DNA from: Azolla caroliniana
Lineage: Eukaryota; Plantae; Polypodiophyta
Length of the DNA: 64,000 nucleotides
NCBI GenBank assembly: GCA_043228905.1
Contig: JBHGNT010000009.1
Coordinates: forward strand, 6,882,001-6,946,000
Direction of reading: 5' to 3'
Below, piece by piece: positions 1-12,631 of the stretch; the first letter of the stretch is position 1; every line of letters starts with the position of its first letter. The notes beneath the pieces are model-generated. The model searched no databases. It was not told the origin of the DNA and saw only the letters and a program-made list of their open reading frames with translations. The position numbers were made by a program, and so were the translations under genes.

Positions 1-123
1 TCATTTACACAGGATTTTAAGTGTGCAAAATCCTAGAATATGATAATGATAATAAAATCAAGACACATACTTGCATCTCAATCCTAGAATATGATAATAG
101 TAAAAATATCAAGATCCACATAC

Positions 124-2280
124 TTGCCACCAGATCGAAATGATATCGATGTAAGCGATCACATCCAAAGCAAACGTGTTTAAGACTGCCCATATGAAAG
201 TTAGACCAAGATACATGGCCAAGAAAATGCCACGAGGTGCGAAGTAACCATTGTCCGTATTCGTCCCAGTGCTCAAGAGAATTATGTTTTGGAGAACTTG
301 AGATCCTGCATAAGCCTTGGCAATGATCCAAGAATCATTGGAGTAATAGAAAGAACACATTATCAATGGAAGCGCAATTTTATCATTACATTATATTGTC
401 TTTTTGCATAGCAAAAGCAAAAGAAATCCATAAATGCAATATCAGAAACAAAAGTCTCAACTAAGTGTATGATAATCATAAAAGATCTCAACACATACTA
501 GAAATTAACAAAATTGGAAATATTTGAGAGTTCAACTCACTTTTACACAACGAAAAAGGAATCAAATTTGAACTACAGAATATTAAAACTGAAGGGATAG
601 AACTAGAAACACTCCATGGCCTAATATCATCTATACCCTCGGTATTATAATCAATGTCATACCCTTGTTCCAAGAAAGCAGGAAAGATCTTTTAACCACG
701 ATTTTGATCAAAGTAAAACCAATTCAATAATGAATTAGAAGTTGGTTAGTACCTGGGTCCCAACACCGGCAATCAGGCCTATTGTTTCCAGCCATGCACA
801 ACACCATGATGCAAAAGGACCCCATTTTGGTCCAGCCAAATGAGCCGCCCAAAAGTATAGAGACCCAGTTGTCTACAGAAGTCCAACAATTTTATTTTAT
901 TCACAAATCTAACCCAGATCAATTTGTATTATTGATGCATGTGTGTTTAATTAATTTCATATTTAGCCACAAACTTAAGCACATAATATGACATAGCAGT
1001 AAACAGGTTTGCATCAATAATGTTTTTACATGCTCAATTAAGCACACTAAGCACTAAGCTAGCAAGCTTAACATAAAAAGAATACACACATAAAAAAACT
1101 AATTTGCACTAATGATGCATGTGTGCTTAATAAATTGCTCAAAAATATACACCAAAACACTAAAATCTAGCATGAAATGTGACATAGGCTAATAACAAGA
1201 CTATCAAGCACACATCAACATCTTAAACCAAGTTAATTTGCATGAATGATGCGTATGCATGCTTAATTAATTTTCGATAAATACACACTACAGCACTTAA
1301 TCTAGCATGCATGGAGTATCCAGATCAGGGAAAAAAACAACTAGCTTATTAGCATTGTTCTCCTTGAGTGTCCTAGTATAAGAGAGATACGTTATGACAC
1401 AGCCAATATATCTTCCATTGCATGTAGCTATGCCTTGTCCTGGGTACACAAGTTTTATATGTACATACATATTTATTGATTGAGAAACACATCTAGAAAC
1501 AAAAAAATCCATCTCTAATAACTTTTGAATGTGAATTAAATGTTTCTTTTCTGTTCTTACCGGAAAAGACGAGCAAATCTCAGCCATTGCAAATCCTACG
1601 AACCATGTGAAGAAAGTGACGATAACCCAACCCCATACCACACCCACAGGGCCAGCATATGCAAAGCTAGATCCATAAAGTGGTGTGATTCCAGTAAAAA
1701 GGGTCATTGTTGAGAAACTGATAGCCAATGTCTTGAACAATGTCTGAAATTTTATTATAAATATATGCAAATTAATTACTTAAATCATCATCATAAAAAT
1801 AAATAGCATCAAAGACTAGATGAAGCAAGTATTAAACAAAGGAGATCAGAAAAAATAGGTCATTATTGAGAAACGAATAGCCAAAGTCCTGAAAATGTAT
1901 GTATACATAGATCATCATCATAATCATCATCATCAAACGAAACGAAGAACGATGTTGAGGATTATGGCTAGAGGAAGCAGGGAAGAAAAACAGATAAGAG
2001 GGTAATAGCTCAGAAACATGTACACTATCATCACCATCAATGAAAATTAGAAGAATAAAGACAGATGAAGAAAAGATAAGAGGAAAAAAGAGAGTGTTAT
2101 TACGAAACCATGACAAGAGGAAAGAAGAAGACGGAGTGAAACAGGGGATTTGGGGCGCATTACCATTTCTCTTCTAAGCTCTTGTTTGTAACCCAGTTCG
2201 ATAAGGCGACGTTCTCCTGAGTCCTGCATAATCAGGGGAACACCATTGGAGGTCTCCATAGCTGCCTCTGGTTTCACCAT
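124..2280 (-). CDS. BAT1: Amino-acid permease BAT1 homolog (APC superfamily), 5' part; gene continues beyond window start
   Basis: Exons 2280-2164, 1743-1561, 872-753, 315-124, all phase 0 with GT-AG borders. Spliced protein MVKPE...GERRLIELGYKQELRREM|TLFKTLAISFSTMTLFTGITPLYGSS...MAEICSSFP|TTGSLYFWAAHLAGPKWGPFASWCCAWLETIGLIAGVGTQ|AYAGSQVLQNIILLSTGTN...IISIWWQ matches plant BAT1-like permeases. Confidence 0.93.
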
Positions 2281-2315
2281 AGACTGCTCTGTTTCCTCTC
2301 TTCTCTATTGTATAT

Positions 2316-2318
<3 letters not shown>

Positions 2319-2363
<45 letters not shown>

Positions 2364-2453
2364 AGAGTCTTAAGTGAATGATGGAGATGAAGGCTACTCA
2401 TAATTTGATTAATAATAATAATAATGATAATAATAATAATAATAATAATAATA
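2319..2453. repeat. (GA)n and (AAT)n microsatellites in BAT1 5'UTR/promoter
   Basis: Simple repeats read directly from the sequence. Confidence 0.9.
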
Positions 2454-2474
2454 AGGCTAATAATGTTAAAACTG

Positions 2475-2596
2475 ATGAGTCATGATGACTAATGACAAAC
2501 ATGTTATGTATGTATGTATGTGTTGCAAGTAGCAAAGCAAATGAGAGAGAGGTTCACAAGTCAAGGAAAGTCTGAGATTGTGATGATGTGAGTCAT
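2475..2596. promoter_or_regulatory. GCN4/AP-1-like bZIP motif cluster upstream of BAT1
   Basis: ATGAGTCAT 2475-2483, ATGACTAAT 2485-2493, GTGAGTCAT 2588-2596. Confidence 0.4.
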
Positions 2597-4929
2597 GTGA
2601 CCAGATGCCGAATCACGTTCGTGTTATCACTTCCCGTGACCCGCATTCTCTCACCTCGATAGATGCCTTGATCTGTCCGCATCAACGCAGATGTTTCTGC
2701 TCCGTGGACCATCATGAATGAGGAGGACGAACAGACAGCCTATTGCATGCATCTCTTGCCCTGATAAGCTCTCTCCTTGTGCTCATACCTTTTTTTTCCC
2801 TTTGTTTTTGCTTGACTTTTACTTGCGTTTTCGCTTGTAAACTTGTATAGTAGGGACGCAACGTGAAAGCCAGACAACAGTTTGTCACACGCGCCACATA
2901 CATCTCCCGTTTGTGAACTAAGTGGAAGTAATTTTTACGCCACTTTTTTTTTTTGCATAAGTTCCTTGGGTTCATGCATGCAATGTGTCATTTCTCCCTC
3001 CAATGTTGATCAGCAATGTTATATATCATCCCAGTTCCTGTTAACACCTATCGCATGCACTATCACATGTACACCTCGAGGTAAATTATTGTGTCAATTA
3101 GTCCAAGGACAAAACAATCATACATTACCTTTGTTATCTCCCCCCTTCTTTCTCTTTCCTAATTGCATTTCGTATGCAAATCAAAGCTAACTAGTTATCA
3201 GTAATGCCTTAGTGTCTATCATTTTGCATGTGATATAGCCTAATAATGGTCATGTTATTGGTTTCACCTACAAAAAGTTCATCATGTCATGCTATTGAGT
3301 ATGTCAACATTGCACAACTTATTGATAAGAAAGGACATGCAATGACCATCCATCCCATGATGCATGGATGTGATAGATAGGACTCAGGAATTTATGAGAT
3401 GGAGATTCAATGTAATCATATCAATATTGCACTTTCTTGTGCAATATTGGTCTCAAAGTTCCAAGAAAATGGTTAATGTCGAATCCCAAATATCTCCGCA
3501 ATTTCATAAAGGGTATCCAACCAACAGTAAACGGAATATAATTTTGTTGGTCTAACTATTGTGGATAAATTGCCTATGTGTTATGGAACATGTTGAGTTA
3601 TTATTATGTGGGAATCACCACAACATTATCAACAAGAGATGATCTTATGTAACTTGTCTTCTTAAATTTCAAATTCAAAGCATTATCGAAATAAGTAGTT
3701 CATTCGCATGTGTCCTCCTTAACATTTTTCCCAACTTCACCATTTTCAAATGTTGACATTGTGTACCCTTCTAGAAAAGATCAAAACTCCATGATTTTTA
3801 AGGAAACAATTCTAAATGATAATCAACACGTCTTCCATATCCAAACAAGCTTATTCATGTGGTGGAAAATCATAATCTAACTCACAAATCCGTTAGCACT
3901 CATACTCAAGAGAAACCTTTTTACTACTCAATTATTGCCACTACACTATATTTTGCAATTTTGGTCTTGAAAGTCTTTGTAACATGATGTTGAAGTAGAA
4001 AAGTACAAAAATCTTTGATGACTTCAAAAGCTTAACATTCAACCAAACAAATAAAGTAAATTGACCAATTTATATCATTTTTATTGGTGAACTTGAATAA
4101 TCGAATCATTCACAAGACATAGATGTGATAGCTTCCATGCCACTTCACCCAAGACATAACTCCCACTCTTTTCCACCTTTATTGACAATGGGTCTAGAAA
4201 AGGTTCTACTTAGAATAATTTACAAATTATTTGTCGTGGATATTGTCAATTAAATGCTTAAGATTTTATATGCTTAAATCTATTGATGTTGCGAACATAC
4301 TTCCATGTAAGTAAAAATTGAGCGGGGCGATTGGGAATGTAAACCAACGAATATGATTTTGTCAATGGCATTGTGAATGAATCTCTTAAGTCCTCATCAA
4401 GTTATAATGTAGTTCGGCAAATACTTGCATTGGAATATGTGAGTGTTTATGAAGTTGTAACTTGCTTGTGCATGCAAGAATGTGGAAATGTTTCAATGTG
4501 CCTATGTGCATTTCTTTGTGATATGAGCTCATACGATTACACAAGTGTGCACGTATGGATGTGACGTTAAATTGTTTTTATATGTTTACATTAGCGTCTG
4601 TATGTGTGCATTTGTGTATTTATGTGCCTATGATGTGAATTTGAATACATTTGTAATTGTGTGTGTAATCGTGTTTGCTTATGAGTTATTGAGTAATTAT
4701 GTTTGTGTGTGTGAAACAAATCATGTGTGCATGTTTTTAGGTGTTTATGTGCAATTGTATGCTTCAAATAATGGTGAAAGTGTTTGTGTAATTTTTGTTG
4801 GTGGAAGGGGGGGGGGGGGGGGGGGGGGGTGTACTCTAGGTTTGCATTTGTAAGCATAATTTGCTGGAAATTGAGGCATGAGGCCCAAAGATAGTGTTGA
4901 ACATAAAGCTCCCCGTCCTTTTTTTCTGT

Positions 4930-7900
4930 TAAGTTAGTTTCGAGGGGGAGTGAATAGATAAAAAAAGATGGGGAAAAAGGGTTCCATAACTATGAAACCT
5001 AGGTTCCTATAACATGTGAGGTTGTAGTTTATGGGTTGGGCATTGGTTGTTGATGTTGACCTACACCGACAACGTCTATTGTGAGTGGTTGAGGGGTTGC
5101 TCCATGCTCCTCCTTTTCCTTCTCTATTGATCCTCGACAAGTAGCAAAGAAGCACTCGGTTTTTCTTCAATCTTCTCTCTTTCATGGATTTGTATTCCAC
5201 GAAGGTTTTGTTCTTCACAGAATTGGATTCCTCGAAGTGAATCCTTGTCTCTCCTTGGTCACTCACGAGTGGCACCCAATCACCAGGGCACCAAATTTTC
5301 CCAAATCCAGGGGTGCGTCCTTTAGCGTGCCCTTTCTTTTGAATGCACTCGATCTTTATATCCTTGCATGGTTGCCTAATGCTAGCAAAATGTTTTCTTT
5401 GGAGTCTCATATCCACATTTACTACTCACTTCATTGTTGTCACCTTCACATTATAGCTCACCTTCATCCCTCCATCACCTCTAGACAGATGGATCCTTTG
5501 AAATCATTGTTCAAGTTATTAGCTCTTACTTCTTATTGTTTTAATCTTCATTTCAATATTGTTACTTTCAAATGCCTTTTGGACAGGAATCTTGATACAA
5601 CATACACTTGACATTCTAGCGTCTTTCTCCCTTCACACATGCCACATCATAAAATTCGGGCCATGTGGGACAAAAAATTACCCTAGATAGTACATTGGTA
5701 TACGCTTGAACCCTTGGAAGGTATCGTCGTAGTTTAGAAGGTGTGAACGTTTGAGTACAACCTACATTTTGAAGGAAATAAAGGTCGCCATTGCCTTATT
5801 TCCCTTCTGTTCATCACTTTGTATGGGCCCTCTCCTCTAACTACTTTTATCTTTTTCTTGTGTCTCTATGAGGCAATTCCTATTTGCAACCAAATTTTAA
5901 ATAGGGGAATTGAGGGAATCATGACAATAGACGATGTAAGGAATGCTTGAAGATTTGTGTGAAAACACGCGAATTGAGCCCTATTATTTCTAATCCAACT
6001 CATTTTCTAACTTGGCTACTGCCAATTTTTTATACTATTTTCTAACTTGACCCATATTTTCTAACCCACCGAACATTCTAATTTGACCTAACCCGGTCAT
6101 ACACTCTAACTTGGCACATAATTTCTAATCTAACTAAAAATTTCTAACATGGTTAATAATTTCTAACCCAATCATATCTTCTAATGTGGATATTTGCATC
6201 TAACCCATGTAACCCTCTCAATAACATGGGTTGGATATCTTATCACAAAATATCCATCAACAAAGATCGTGGTCGGAGAAATGGTAATGAACCAAACTAC
6301 TCGATGGTCGAATCGGCAACGCACAACACAACACAAAATTTATAAAATTAAAATATAACATAGACATAGACATTGACAATGTATCACCGATGATATCTCT
6401 CTATTACGCATCCCTTATACAATACACATGCCCCCTTTATATAGGAAAGACATGGGAGTTACAATGCCATTCGCCCACCTTTCAAATCTACAAGTTACAA
6501 TGTCATATAGTCGTATATACCTTTTCGGATCTAAATTATAATGCATTGTTTTGGATCTACTATTTTACATTCTACTAAATATTTCGGCAATTATAGTTAT
6601 TTCAGCTTCATATATTACTTCCCACTTCGACTCCATCCTGCTTTTTGGTCATTCGGCCTTACGGCTCTTCCACTGAGAGTTAACTTCATTTCGTCCAAGA
6701 TGACTCGAGTTGTACAAGGGGCTATGAATAGCTCCATTAATTGGGAAGTCAAGTTCATGTACACGGTTATGCTCAAGCCATATGGGTGGCATGCCAGTCA
6801 CTTGGATGTCAATGGGGTTCTTTGGCTCTCTCTTCATGTGGTCGAGTGGGATTGTGCCACTTGTATTGTTTGGGAAGTTGACACTCGCCTTTGTTTGGTG
6901 TTTCTCAAGTGTTGGTTTAACCATGCTTAGGATGTGGGTTTCCTTTCTAGTTTCTTCATTTTCCCAATATGTGGGATTGTGTTGGGTGCAGTTTGTCTTC
7001 ACAGCTACCTTTTCCCTTAATATGACCTATTCTCCCTGGAGATGACGTATCTCATCTCGTAGCGCGTTAGCTTTGACTCATGCCGAAATCAGGTTGCATG
7101 ATTTGCTTGTGATATCTTAGGTGGCATCATCCAATCGTACCTTAATTCACATTATCTCCTTGACATGTTGTTGTTGTGCTTGTTGGGAATCTTTCTTTAG
7201 CTGGAAAAACTCGACTAAGGGTTCATTGTGAAGTAGGGCTTGTTGTTCTATCTCTATTTGCCATTGCTCCTTAGTGTGTTGGAGGGTTGCCTCCAATTGA
7301 TGTTGCACCACCGCTCCTCTTGATTACATTTTCGACTTTGGCTAGACATGCATTGAGGGTTTCACAGATTTGACGTTGGGTATTTTAAGCCTTAGTGTGT
7401 ATGGTGTGAAAGTGTTTTTAGAATTCAAGCTATTGAACACTAGAAGAATATAAGGTATGGAGCATCCACATTTGGAGGGCAAGAACACAAATGAAGAACT
7501 TAAGGAGAAGTCAAATGAAAAGCAAGAGACACGGAGAAAAGTAAAAGGAGAAAAAGCGAGCCACCTAAAAATAATTTGAAAAGAACGGTCATAGCTCTTT
7601 CGTTTGAAACCCAAATGTCATGTTCAAATATGGGTTGGAAAACTCATGAAGAGAGCTATCTGTAAAATTTTAAATCTCTAAATTTGGGGCTCTGGTGTGG
7701 GAGATATGACGATGATAAAGTCATTGTGTCATAGCTAAAAGTAGGAGATGAAAAACTTCTAAAAGAGCGTGTAAAAGAGAGGATGAAGAATAAGAAGATT
7801 ATAATATGTGAGAAGAGGCTGGAGAGAAGAAGGGAGGAGACAAAGTTGGAAGAGGTGAGAAGAAGAATAGTAGAAGAAACAAAGAGATGATGGAAAAATG

Positions 7901-8990
7901 ATGCATGAAAGATGTGAGTTTGGGGGATTGGAAATCAAGTAGTTCTTTAGTTTTGTGGTTGTATTTGGAGTTTATCCCGTTTGTATTGTCTCCATAATAG
8001 AATACAATAGTATTCTTATCTCTTTCTCTTCTCTTCTCTTCTCTATCTTTTCTCTATACTCGCTTTCATCTGGTATAGTATTTGTGGGTGATGCTTAATT
8101 TTTTAGTTAAGTCAACATTATGTTGTATTAGTTGTTGAACCTGGCTTTGATCCTCCAAGTTAGCTCGGGAAAGCACAACTAGGCGGCGATAAACAATGTT
8201 GATATCTTGAATACCTCCTGGAAGGTGGTCTAGTTAACCTGGAGATTGAAAATGGTGTGGATTGGTGGGCTTAGGCTTGTCATCGTCCCATTCACCAATA
8301 GTGGGGGGAAGCTTGGTCATAGTCGTGTCCAAAGTGGGGCTCCAATGTCGTGGAACTTTCAATGTTTCCTTACTAGTTCCTCCTCCAACGAGTTGCTTGT
8401 GTCATCTTGTCCTTGGGCTAGACGCATTAGTACATTTCACGATGGGGGGGGGGGGGGGGGGACCAAAATGGAGTTGGTGTACCATCTTGTTATAATGACC
8501 CACATGGTGTTGGTGGGCTATCAGGTTGTCATTGTTCTCAACTTCCATCATTGTCTGAGCCAGGAGTATCAGCTCCAATTGTGTATGTGATTTTGTGGTC
8601 TCGTCAGTGTTGTGAGGTGTTCCTCTTCATGTTCAATGATCGGTTGTGTCGGGTGCATTTCACTGGTATCACGTAAATCCACATATGTGTGCTACTCAAG
8701 AGGGACCTAAACCAAGGAGGACGTGATGCCTTGTAAGAAGATTTTTCTATCTAGGGCAACGAATGGTGGCAACTCCTAGACCTCTCAAAACATTTGCATG
8801 ATTCGTGTTGGTGTCATGATATGACAAGCACAATCGAGATTATCTCGAGCATGAGTTTAGGCGCCTCCTTCATGAGGAATGGTGCGTTGTTGGTCCGGAA
8901 GTGCAATCTCATGCAAATATCATCCAGCATAAATTTAAATGACATCGGGTCTTCATTGTTGAATACAAACATCATCACTTCAACAATGTT
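4930..8990. mobile_element. Mosaic of decayed retrotransposon/DNA-transposon fragments
   Basis: Reverse-oriented LTR-like TATA block near 6430-6450, PPT-like GGAGTCGAAGTGGGAAG on minus at ~6619-6635, periodic TTTCTAAC array 5985-6205; no intact domain. Confidence 0.35.
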
Positions 8991-8994
8991 TGGG

Positions 8995-11075
8995 TCATAT
9001 CCATCCAGGAAAAAGGCGATCGGATGTAGATGGATTTACAAAGTGAAGTACAACGTCGACGGTTCTGTCAACCGCTACAAAGTGCGACTCGTAGCGAAAG
9101 GCTACGCACAAATGCACGGAGTTGACTACGAAGAGACCTTTGCCCTGGTGGCAAAGATGACAACGGTACGGACCGTAATTGCGCTTGCCACGGCGAAAGG
9201 GTGGCACCTCCATCAAATGGACGTCAAGAACGCCTTTCTACAAGGCGAATTAGAAGAGGAGGTGTACATGATACAACCACCCAGCTTCAACTCGAGCACC
9301 CATCCGAAAGTTGTATGCCGACTCAAGAAGCCACTCTATGGCCTCAAGCAAGCACCGCGTGCTTGGCATTCGAAGATAACGCAATATCTTCATCAAATCA
9401 GCTTCTGTATGTCAAAATCAGACAACTCCCTCTACATACGAAGCGATTCCGCAAGTCCGATCGTCATCATCTTATATGTGGATGACCTAGTCATTGGAGA
9501 TGAGCATCTCGTCGAAATCAATGAAGTCAAATCCCTCCTTTCTAACAAGTTCGAGATGACGAATATGAAGGAGCTTCACTACTTCCTCGGCATCGAGGTA
9601 ATTCGGACTCCGGCCGGAATCATGATCTCTCAACGGCACTATATCCTCAACTTGTTATACAAGTTCGGTATGGCTGAGTGCAAATCCGCGGCAACCCCGC
9701 TCGATCGCAATCTCAAACTAGATGCGAACTCCAGCACCAAAGTGTGTGAGTCGACTCAGTATCGGCAACTCATCGGGAGTCTCATCTACCTCACGATCAC
9801 TCGACCCGATCTCAGTTATCCAATCGGTTTCCTTAGCCAATTCATGCAAACACCGTGTGATACTCACTTGGATTGCGTTAAGTGAGTTCTACGATACGTG
9901 AGCGGCACAATGGATTGCGACATCCTCTACAAGACCGTGATGCCAATACGACTCGAGGGGTACACAGACACCGACTGGGCCAGCTACAAAGCCGATAGAA
10001 GATCAACGTCCGGATTTGTTTTTTCCCTCGGAAGTAGAGCAATATCCTGGAGCAGCAAAAAGCAATCAATCGTCGCTCTTTCGAGCACAAAGGTGGATTA
10101 CAGGAGTGCGGTAGTGGCCGCATGTGAAGCCGTATGGCTCAAAAGGATACTCAAGGATTTGGGTGTACCCATCAAGGATCCGACTTCCCTTTACTGCGAC
10201 AACATGAGCAGTATCTATCTGGCTCAGAACCCGATGTTCCACGCGCCGACAAAGCACATCAAAGTGCACTATCACTTCATCCGAGAGCATGTTGTAGCTA
10301 GCGATGTTGACCTACAACACATTAGCACAAATCTTCAAACGGCAAGCCTTAGGAGCGGCACAAATCCGACATCTTCACTAAAGCCTCAGGAGCTGACAAG
10401 TTATGGCAATTCATGACCAATCTCGAATGACGATCCCTGACCTACCAAGCTTGAGGGGGAGTACTAAAGACACTACGCAATAACGTGTGGATTCCGCAAC
10501 CGCGCAACGAAGCCGTGAAGAAAGACGCAAGCTGAAGCACAGACTTCGCAACTACGCACAACGCAAGCTGGAGCACGGATTCCGCAACTCCGCATAAATG
10601 CCAGTCGACATGGACTCTGGAACGCAAGTCGAAGCAGATTTCGGATACCGTTTGAAACCAACCCGACTTGAGCTTGAGGGGGCGTGTTGAGAATCAAGCT
10701 CAACTTGGTCTAGTGTGTCAACTCACCTTGAGAGTGAATAGACACTCCAACGGTCAAGAGTCACCATTATGTCACCACTTTGTATTTTAGCATTTAGTAT
10801 GAGTCATAGAATCATATTCTATGACACATAACTTATGAGCTTTCACATTCCCCATGCTCCATGAGTCTTGTAGTTAATGAAGAGAGAGGGTGACTATATA
10901 AAGCACCCTCCTCCCACCTTGTATTATGTTAAGTCTTTCTCCTTTGTTAATATACTTTACCTTGCGTATTCTCTGTGTCTTACTCCTTGTCTCTCTCACT
11001 CTCTCTCCCTCTCTCATACACACACACAATTCATATCTATTCCGCTGCACAGAATCCATCTCTTGATTCTTTACA
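8995..11075 (+). mobile_element. 5'-truncated Ty1/copia LTR retrotransposon (RT, RNase H, PPT, 3' LTR 10685-11075)
   Basis: RT motifs KVRLVAKGYAQ, HQMDVKNAFLQG, LYGLKQAPRAW, LYVDDL; RNase H YTDTDWA...DRRSTSG, KHIKVHYHFIRE; PPT TTGAGGGGGCG then LTR TGTTG...TTACA; premature stops. Confidence 0.9.
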
Positions 11076-12269
11076 CTTGGTATGTACACTCCAAGTCACA
11101 AATGTTGGTTTTGTATCCCACTACCTTGGTCTGGGAAAGAAGCATGGAGAAGCTTGACAAATTTGGTTTCTTCCATTGCTTAACCTTCACCTTTATCTTA
11201 TTTTTTTGGACTAAATTGGAATGTAGGGTTGTATGAGGTTGTGGTCTAATTAAGGTGTGGGGAGTCAATGGCTTCAGCGAATCGTGGGTTGGGTGGAATC
11301 AGGGGTTTTGGGGAGTTGTGGGTTGGGTGTGCGAGTGGGGCAACAATGTTTGGGTGTTCTATGCTTGGCTTTCATGGTGTGCATCAAGGCATGGTGATGG
11401 TGTGGATCATGTGTTGTGGGTGTTGTGCAAAGTTTGTTTGCAACACAAATTGACGATGGAGCAAGTGTTGAGAAAGCGTTGCAACATGCAATAGGTAAGG
11501 CAATGACAATGTAGCAATGAGCAATGATAGCAAGCTATGCAACAACAACGACTCTATGCAAGCAATGGGAGCAACACGACAATAGAGAAGAAGAGCGATG
11601 ACATTAAGAGCTTCTACATCGAGGAGCAATGGAAAGAGCATAAGGATTATATATAGTGTTTGGGCACTCATCTTTGTCGGGACTTGGGAATAGTTTTTTG
11701 CTCTTGGGACCCAAATTTGCGTAATGTGATTAGGGTCCGTGTTGGGGTGGGTCACGCTCTTTATCATCTTGTCATGTCGGGGTTTATTAGTGAGGTTAAT
11801 CATGTTTTTCTCAACCCATATTTGAGTAGGTGGGCCTCTGATTCAATTTGCTACCGCGGGTTGAGAAGCGAGTTGCCTTATCATTTGGTCGGTGGGTGTA
11901 GGTTGTTGTTTGAGAGTGGACACGGACAATGTGAAGCACCCGATGGGTACAAACACAAACACGCACAGACACAACACATCACAATACGCTTTAAATTGTT
12001 GTATTTCTTGGATTTGTTCTGTGTGTTGCCAAAAAAAGGCTACAGTATGCAGTATGTACACACACACACACACACACACATAAAAATACGTATACAGTAC
12101 GTATACACACCCAAAAACATACGTATATGTATGGGTATTGAATTGGGTGTATGTATGAAAAAAGGGGGGGGGGGAGGGGAGGGAGGAGGAATAACGGCTA
12201 GGTGATGGATGGACGGCTGAGATTGGGAAGGGGCCCAGAGATCCAACGGTGGAGGAGGAGGGAGGAGGG

Positions 12270-12628
12270 ACACACACACACACACACACACACAAAAAAA
12301 AAACCGTTGGATTTTTATCAAACGGCTACTATGGAGAGAGAGAGAGAGAGAGAGAGGAGCGAAGTTTTATACTTTTACTTGCTCTTTGATTCTCCTCCTC
12401 CTCCTCTGTTTCTTCTTCTTCTTCTTCTTCTTCTTCTTCTTCTTCTGCTCCCCTGCTTCTGCTCTGCTCTACTCTGCTCCCTGTTCATTTGCTTCTCGCC
12501 ATCGCCATCCCTTCCATCGGGCTATATATATATATATATATATATATACCTAAACACCTGCTCTCATCCGTCCATCCGTCCATCAATCCGTTATTCAATA
12601 AATCAATCAATCAATCAATCAATCAATC
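12270..12628. repeat. Compound microsatellite block (CA, AG, CCT, CTT, TA, AATC) upstream of the TPR gene
   Basis: Read directly from the sequence. Confidence 0.9.
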
Positions 12629-12631
12629 GCC

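Noticed and set aside
3400-4300. Possible LINE 3' remnant on the minus strand
   Set aside because: Only isolated short Trp-containing words (WVKW, KLVW); too weak without an alignment.
8794-8995. N-terminal extension of the copia RT ORF
   Set aside because: RT homology begins near 8995; the upstream part is unrelated sequence that happens to be in frame.
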